Shown here in pieces: positions 57,848-64,000 of a stretch of DNA of 64,000 nt. Position numbers and translations under genes: made by a program. How positions within the stretch are numbered: the stretch's first letter is position 1; each line of letters opens with the position of its first letter. This DNA is from a virus (taxonomy: Duplodnaviria > Caudoviricetes), in IMG/VR virus record IMGVR_UViG_3300032038_000059, positions 9,297 to 73,296 of that record; one strand, 5' to 3'. The notes under the pieces were generated by a model that saw nothing but the letters and a program-made list of their open reading frames with translations, was not told the origin of the DNA and ran no database searches.

Positions 57848-58042
57848 ATGGATGAGAAGTTGAAACAGAAGATCCTGTACAACAGGGAGTATGATGCTTC
57901 AAACACTGTACAGGTCAGGCTGAAGTTAAACAAGAAGACCGATTCAGACATTCTGGATAAGCTCGATGCAGTCCCAAATAAACAGGGCTACATCAAGGGT
58001 CTGATTCGGGATGATCTAAAAAACAAAGTCCCTCCCCATTAA
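57848..58042 (+). CDS. Small RHH-like DNA-binding protein
   Basis: TVQVRLKLNKKTDSDIL..L...PNKQGYIKGLIR; followed by terminator TCCCTCC...GGAGGGA-TTTT. Confidence 0.6.
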   Translation: MDEKLKQKILYNREYDASNTVQVRLKLNKKTDSDILDKLDAVPNKQGYIKGLIRDDLKNKVPPH

Positions 58043-58495
58043 GCGAGGAGGGATTTTCTTTGTTTTTATCGGCGTATTTGCTTCAAATTTGAACGAAACT
58101 GGTTCAGAGGTATATTTCCCTACCCTATGCTGTTTTTGTTCGATTTCGGGTCAATTTCATGCATTGTTTATTTGATGAGTCCGACAGGGGTAAATTATTT
58201 CCGTAAATGTAATTTGGAGTCCCACTGGGGTCAAAGGTTCCTTCTGAACCACAAAGAAATATCTATAAATACTATAATGCTATAGCATATATATTATAGC
58301 TAAAGCATTCTAATAAAAAATCTTTTAAAAAATAAATAGATACGGTCATTTTTGCGTAAGCATAAAATGACACCGTTACTTACACGATATTGCTATAAGT
58401 ATATATCGTTAGATATATACAAATACAAGTATTACATTACGGTTCTTACAGAACCTATGACTAAGGTTCTTGCAGGACTTCACGATTACGGAGTG

Positions 58496-58933
58496 TCACT
58501 TTTCGTCTTTGTTATAGGGTAAGTCCTCCCATGTTAATCCGTCATGGATATAGTAACCGCAGAGCCAATGTTGACTCTTAGTGCCGTCAGGTCTGACTTT
58601 ATATACACGGCACATTGAAATAAGTTTGCTTGCTTCCAGTTCAATCTTTGCTCGTTTTACGGTTGACACGCTCAGATTACATTCCAGTGCTAGATCTTCA
58701 TTTGAGCAATAGAACCAATCCTTCGTATTCTCTACACCTTCCCAGAATAATGTTTCTTCGTTGTTTTCTTTCCCGGTAAAACTGTTTTCCAGTTCCTTGA
58801 GTGTCATAAATACCCATTTAGCGTTAACGGATAATGAATGACCATAACCTTTTTTGTAGAACTTGCCATCTTTTCGTCTTTTGAGCCAGAATAATCTTGG
58901 CATTCGGTCAAAATTTCTATTCAGTTCTTTCAT
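58496..58933 (-). CDS. Winged-HTH protein resembling a replication initiator N-terminus
   Basis: NFDRMPR...LSVNAKWVF..L...WFYCSNEDLA....LSVSTVKRAKIELE...LI. Confidence 0.65.
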   Translation of the reverse strand: MKELNRNFDRMPRLFWLKRRKDGKFYKKGYGHSLSVNAKWVFMTLKELENSFTGKENNEETLFWEGVENTKDWFYCSNEDLALECNLSVSTVKRAKIELEASKLISMCRVYKVRPDGTKSQHWLCGYYIHDGLTWEDLPYNKDEK

Positions 58934-59306
58934 GAAACCGATTCCTTTCTTGACGGTGTGCAGAAAGGATGGTAAGATGAAATAAGAACAGCACTCCAAT
59001 GTTTACAATTAAACATAGTTCTTGCATCATTACCTTACGCCGTACAGAACTCCCAATTCTGGACGGCATTTTTTCTGCATTTTTACCTTAATGCTTCACT
59101 CCAATTATATCATACAAACTGTAATTTGTCTTTATTTCACACGTTGGCATTCTGCTAAAAAGCACCGCAGCTACTTGATGTTTTACGGATTCATGATATG
59201 ATAATTACCATAAAATTCATTCATGTAACATCCTTTCTGAAAAAGTGTCACCTTTGCCGGGGTGACATTTTTTATGCAAAAAAATAAGGGAGTCCCACTC
59301 CCCTAT

Positions 59307-59690
59307 TTATCGTTCCCAGATAACTGCCACTTTGATTCCAGTTTCATCATACAGAATCTTTTTGTAATCATCCCATGTAGCAAAGTTGTCATTCAGGCAT
59401 CTGGCTTTCAATGTCATCCTGTCATTCAGCCTGTTCAGACGTACTTTTCCGAAGTCGAATTCATCCCGGAGTCCTAGTAGGGTCATTGCTACTACGGATT
59501 CATACGCCCACTGCTTAATTTTCCCGGATGCTTCGTTTAATTCCTGCGGACTAATAGTAATCGCGACTTTATGATTAGTCCTCCACTCCATCTCTTTATC
59601 GAATTCATCCATGCCGACTTCTTTGATTCTGCGTCTGGCATATTCCATAGCTTGAAGCCTAGCATCGGCTAACTTATCTGCTTGACTCAT
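59307..59690 (-). CDS. Conserved hypothetical phage protein
   Basis: LRDEFDFGKVRLNR motif. Confidence 0.7.
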   Translation of the reverse strand: MSQADKLADARLQAMEYARRRIKEVGMDEFDKEMEWRTNHKVAITISPQELNEASGKIKQWAYESVVAMTLLGLRDEFDFGKVRLNRLNDRMTLKARCLNDNFATWDDYKKILYDETGIKVAVIWER

Positions 59691-60114
59691 TTTTTCAAAT
59701 ACTCCTCACATGAATTTCCGTAATCTGTCCATTGATGATAGCAATCACTATACGGACACTTACAGATCCATCCTTCCTTTGGCTTGTACTGATAGTGTTT
59801 ACAAGTTCCGCAGCATTCCTTTTTCTTTTCCTTCTTCGACATCTATTTAATCTCCCCCAGAAATATTAAATATGGCTGTCCAGAATATGACCGTAAATAT
59901 AATTACGGCTATGATAGCTATGATTTTCATTTCGGTTCTCCGCAACTGCAAAATCCTGATGCTGAAATTTGTGGTCTGTAGAAACCTAACCAGTCCCTGA
60001 GCGCAGACGGACATTCAGCCGTCATATAATGTTTGCAGTCATGGCATCTGACAATTTCCACAGAATCGACTTCTTCTTCCAGTTTCTCTGAAGCTTCCTT
60101 CACTGAAATGTACT

Positions 60115-60720
60115 TCATTGCCTTATCACCAGTCTGTGTATGAGGAGTCCCCCTATAGTATTCCCGGAAATATTCAGTAAGATGTACAGAATGCCCCTGA
60201 GACTTCCTAGAAGCCCCGATACGGTCATGTAATATGTGTTGGCGATAGAATGTTCAAATCCACACGTTATGAACACTACAACGCAAAATACGGTGATGAC
60301 TGGATTTTTATTTGCAACGGCATAATAGATCAGGAAATTGCAAAACATCCCCAGAATGATGACTGCCCACCAAGGCTCAGATAATTTATTTCGGCAGATC
60401 TCTTCCGCAAATCCGATCACAGACGGACGAGTCATGGCTACAAGTGATCCGACTATAATGCATGACAAGATATTTCCGACCAGAATCATCAACAAATTGG
60501 GTATGTTGGCTATCTCGGCAAAACAAACTTTACCTGTGAATAAGTTATGTCCCATCTCAATAACAAGTAGGAGTCCGATAGAAAAAAGAACCGCTCCGGG
60601 GAGTCCCCCACCTACCGACAAGAATGCTGTGCCTCCAATAGATATGCACAGACCTGCAAGCAAAGACGATATAAACATCCCTGTTGTAATTGAATTACTC
60701 GACCGCATACTCATTGTCAC
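60115..60720 (-). CDS. Formate/nitrite transporter (FNT) family protein
   Basis: LAGLCISIGG, GAVLFSIGL, LFTGK, GNIL, GMFCNFL, FITCGFEHSIAN, GNTIGG. Confidence 0.9.
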   Translation of the reverse strand: MTMSMRSSNSITTGMFISSLLAGLCISIGGTAFLSVGGGLPGAVLFSIGLLLVIEMGHNLFTGKVCFAEIANIPNLLMILVGNILSCIIVGSLVAMTRPSVIGFAEEICRNKLSEPWWAVIILGMFCNFLIYYAVANKNPVITVFCVVVFITCGFEHSIANTYYMTVSGLLGSLRGILYILLNISGNTIGGLLIHRLVIRQ

Positions 60721-62831
60721 CTTCCTCCCAGTTTTTCGGTTTATTTTTATATTTCTTCTGGAAACTGCATGGCTTGCCTTTGAAGTCTACGGATATTAAA
60801 ATCCTACATTTGCCATTGTCTCCTCTTCCGAAACACGCTCCCTTAAATGGACAGCGCAGATCTACTTCGTCAGCAATGCTTCCCATTAATCGTCTTCCTC
60901 CTCGTAGTCCTCCCAAATTTCATTGAAGAATGCCATGAAATCATCTTTACGGAAAATGTGTGCTTCTCCTACTGGCACAAGCCCAGATATCACAAGTGTA
61001 TCAAAAATGGATGTGTCATCACCTTCCTGAACGAAAGATGAAACATCCTGCGGATTGATAAACAAAACAGCTTCCTCATCATCCCGAATACCTTCTTCGG
61101 TATACTCTAACGGACACCATTCTTGCCGATCTTGCATGACTTCTGAAAAGCATCCATCCGCGCCATATGTCCGTCCGATGATTCTCTGCATCGGAACGCA
61201 ATAGCTACAGTTTTCAGACTCTGACCGTAGCTTGCATTCCGTACAATCATGTGGCATTTCTTCAATTTCCAGTATTGCTTGTGGCATTAACGTCCTCCCT
61301 TTTCTCCTTTTCATCACTCCAGAGTTCTTCTGGGAGTGTTACATAATCATACGGATATTCAGTTTCTGGTTTTGATTTATACCCACATTGATAACACACA
61401 TACCTAGTTATCGGAGGTATACTTGCTGTGGATACGCAGGCCATAATTCCTTTACATTTCGGGCATAGATACATCAATTCCGTTCACCTCTCCTTTTTAG
61501 CCACTTTTTCAACTTCGTCTTCAATGATGGTTTATACTGCAAACACTCACCAGAATAATAAATATTCCAAACTCCCGTCTTACATGGTTCCTTTTTATCG
61601 GAACGAAAATTGTATTTGCATCCCACGCATGATTTTTTCATTCCTGTTCACCTCGCATATCCGCACCGCAGTTCTGACAGAAGTTAGATGCATACATGCT
61701 AATGATATTGCAGTTCGTACACATCAATGCTCTAGGTCTGCCACCCATTATTCCATCAAAGATATGTTCTCTCCATTCCCCTGTATTGCGTTCCGCATCT
61801 TCATACGGTTTCAGTCTATTTATATGCATATCTGATATGTACCACCACGGAGCATCAACACATTTATAAAACGCAAATCCATCTTCTAACATTGACGGCA
61901 CATCTTCAATTTCAATGATGTATTTAGCCATTCTGTCCACCTCTCATATCTGCGGCGCAATTAGGGCAATAATTCATTCCAACAACATCATCTTCATACA
62001 TATGAGCTTCCCAACCACACACTGAGCATCTTCCTCTGATTCTGTTGTAGGCATCATCTACCTCTATCCATTTCCCCGTCTTGCGTTCTTCAATAGTAGG
62101 TGCGTCACATACTTTACCGACTGCAATTCTGATACCTGCATCAACATATGGAGCACCCGGATATCTAATTCCATTCAATTCCGCAATCAGTGCGTCCGCA
62201 TCAATCAGTCTGCTCATCTTTCGCCCTCCCAATCAATCGCCTGACCGCATCTCTTACAATGCAGATCGCCAAACCGCAATCCTGTCTGTGTTTGCACAAA
62301 TTTACTAACTCCTAACGTTCTCCCACATACAGGACAGCAGTCAGTTTTGACTACTTCTACCTTTTCTGAATCGGTCTTCTTCATTGCTTCCCTTAACTTT
62401 TCAGGAAACGCATAACCAATGACAGGCTTCTGCGGTATCTGCTTCCGCATCGCCTCCACCGCAATCTCAGCCGCCCACGGATCGACATCGGTAGCGGTCT
62501 GGATGTGCCGGATTGCGTTCTCGATGCGGTCAATCTCTCGTGGTGTCATCAATCCCATTCCTTTCTGTATTTAATTTCTCCACATTTTATGATGCTTGTG
62601 ATCATCCAGTCATAACCGCAGAATCCTTTCGATTTACGCTCAAGTTTTCTTGCTTCAGAAGCCGGACACTGCCTAACAGAAACACAGGCTGTCCATCCAT
62701 CGTCCCAACGGTAATAAAAATCCTTATCCCAATACTCTTTTGGAACTTTCCGTTGATCCATCGTACGCACAAAACACTGCCCTTCCTGCGACCATTTCCC
62801 ATTCCATGATCCTTTATTCGGCATAGATAAT

Positions 62832-63044
62832 TCAAACACAATCATCCTTCGCCCTCCCGTTCCATGCTTCGACTGCTTCTTCTTTCGTCTTAAACTCAAA
62901 GTCAGTACCGCCGTAACATCTGTCGTCAAAATAATCAAACCATTTATTGGCGTGAACAATTCCATATCTCAGTTTTTGATTTACTATTTTGTATTCAACC
63001 GCCATCTTTCTTTTACAAAGCGGACATGGTTTAAGTTCGCTCAT
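62832..63044 (-). CDS. Lar-family (restriction alleviation)-like protein
   Basis: MSELKPCP.C ... TKEEAVEAWN.R signature. Confidence 0.6.
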   Translation of the reverse strand: MSELKPCPLCKRKMAVEYKIVNQKLRYGIVHANKWFDYFDDRCYGGTDFEFKTKEEAVEAWNGRAKDDCV

Positions 63045-64000
63045 TCTTCTCTCTTCTCCCACTTACTCGCCTGTTCTCCCGGCTTTGATTCATCAAGACA
63101 TTCTCGACAATAATCCATTTCTTCACGGGACGGCTCATCTTCTATAGCCCAGAGGAAATGTTTACAATCTTCACACCATTGAATCATTCTTCCCGCCTTT
63201 CTGCCCAACACGGCAACTGCGCCATTGACATTTTCATCGCGGTCTGTACTGTGCTACACCACATTTTCAGATTATCTAACTCAATTTGACTGCATATTTC
63301 AGCAGGATTGATATCAAATATCAGGTCATTCAACCTTTTAGCGGCGTTTTCCGATTTGGGAGGAATCCAACATTTCTGCTCTAATTCCTGACGGATTAAT
63401 TCATCATCACTCACCTCATCTAATATGAGGCGTTTTGCCACATTAACCGCATCGTCAAGCGTTAACATCAGATTCATTCTTCCCGCCTTTCTGCCCTACT
63501 GCAAAAATCATCGTCAAGGCAAACATGTGAGTAATCATTAGATAATTCGCATCCATAAACATAATAGCCACCGTCTTTTCTGCGTTTATCCTCATAAAAA
63601 TTTTTGATCTGATGCTTGCAGTCCCGGCAGTGAATAATTTCGAGCTGTTCGGATGGTAATGCTTTAACAGCCTCATAAATCCTCTGTGTATTGCACGCAT
63701 ATTTCTCAACGATATCAAGTACCGCTTGCCTATTGATTAATTCCATCAATTCCATTATCTTTTCTCCAATCATTGACTATCCAACCCAATACCTCATATG
63801 GCGTATATCTTCCTTGTAATTCAGCACATTTTATCTGGTATTGTACAAGCCAAGTCATCACCGCTTTGGCATATGCTTCTGATATTGGTTCTGGCTGTGC
63901 GGGTGATAACTTTCTCAGGTCTTTTCTCAGCATTTTAAGTGCCGTCCTTATCGCCTTATGGCACTCTGTATCAGGGTCTTGATCTATCGGTCTGTCGCTG

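Larger units (their letters stand above)
54302..58042 (+). other. Plus-strand cluster of about 14 small early-type genes
   Basis: ORFs with strong RBS: 54302-54493, 54490-54759, 54989-55174, 55191-55358, 55470-55751, 55767-55961, 55977-56186, 56425-56751, 56764-56967, 57034-57216, 57266-57655, 57652-57846, 57848-58042. Confidence 0.75.
59927..64000 (-). other. nin-like region of small overlapping ORFs, many with CxxC zinc-ribbon motifs
   Basis: ORFs 59927-60118, 60695-60916, 60886-61317, 61262-61477, 61474-61641, 61638-61940, 61924-62232, 62214-62558, 62549-62845, 62832-63044, 63184-63477, 63474-63773, 63730-63933. Confidence 0.7.

Overview
Near-complete genome of a temperate, long-tailed Bacillota (Clostridia/Lachnospiraceae-like) phage in its unintegrated form, with an intact attP carrying a tRNA-Ser 3' core between the integrase and the endolysin. 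Most genes are on the minus strand. The modules are: replication and recombination (1-11.1 kb), lysogeny switch and integrase (11.1-15.5 kb), lysis and tail (15.5-38.7 kb), head and packaging (38.7-46.7 kb), an HU gene plus a tRNA/tRNA-like cluster (47.5-49.8 kb), a probable packaging or terminus region (50.3-53.7 kb), a plus-strand early cluster (54.2-58 kb) and a nin-like region of small ORFs (59-64 kb). The standout feature lies at 6.8-9.2 kb. A small Cas7/RAMP-like gene is flanked by 11 tracts of 5-nt periodic repeats (RNA sense NN-AYA), most enclosed by hairpins. Reading only the variable dinucleotides as NNx codons spells conserved protein motifs of other mobile elements: SNF2 helicase motif V, an HTH_26 N-terminus, an XRE HTH, an integrase helix and CPxCG. 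This is the signature of an RNA-guided, gapped-code anti-phage system (VIPR-like, with an AYA rather than GGY scaffold). Other notable features are a 286-nt group I-like intron splitting a tail gene, a -1 frameshift site in the tail chaperone, several aberrant tRNA-like RNAs, 21 co-oriented AGTCCC motifs, a formate/nitrite transporter and a CotH-domain tail protein. All family assignments come from motif recognition by eye, not from database searches.
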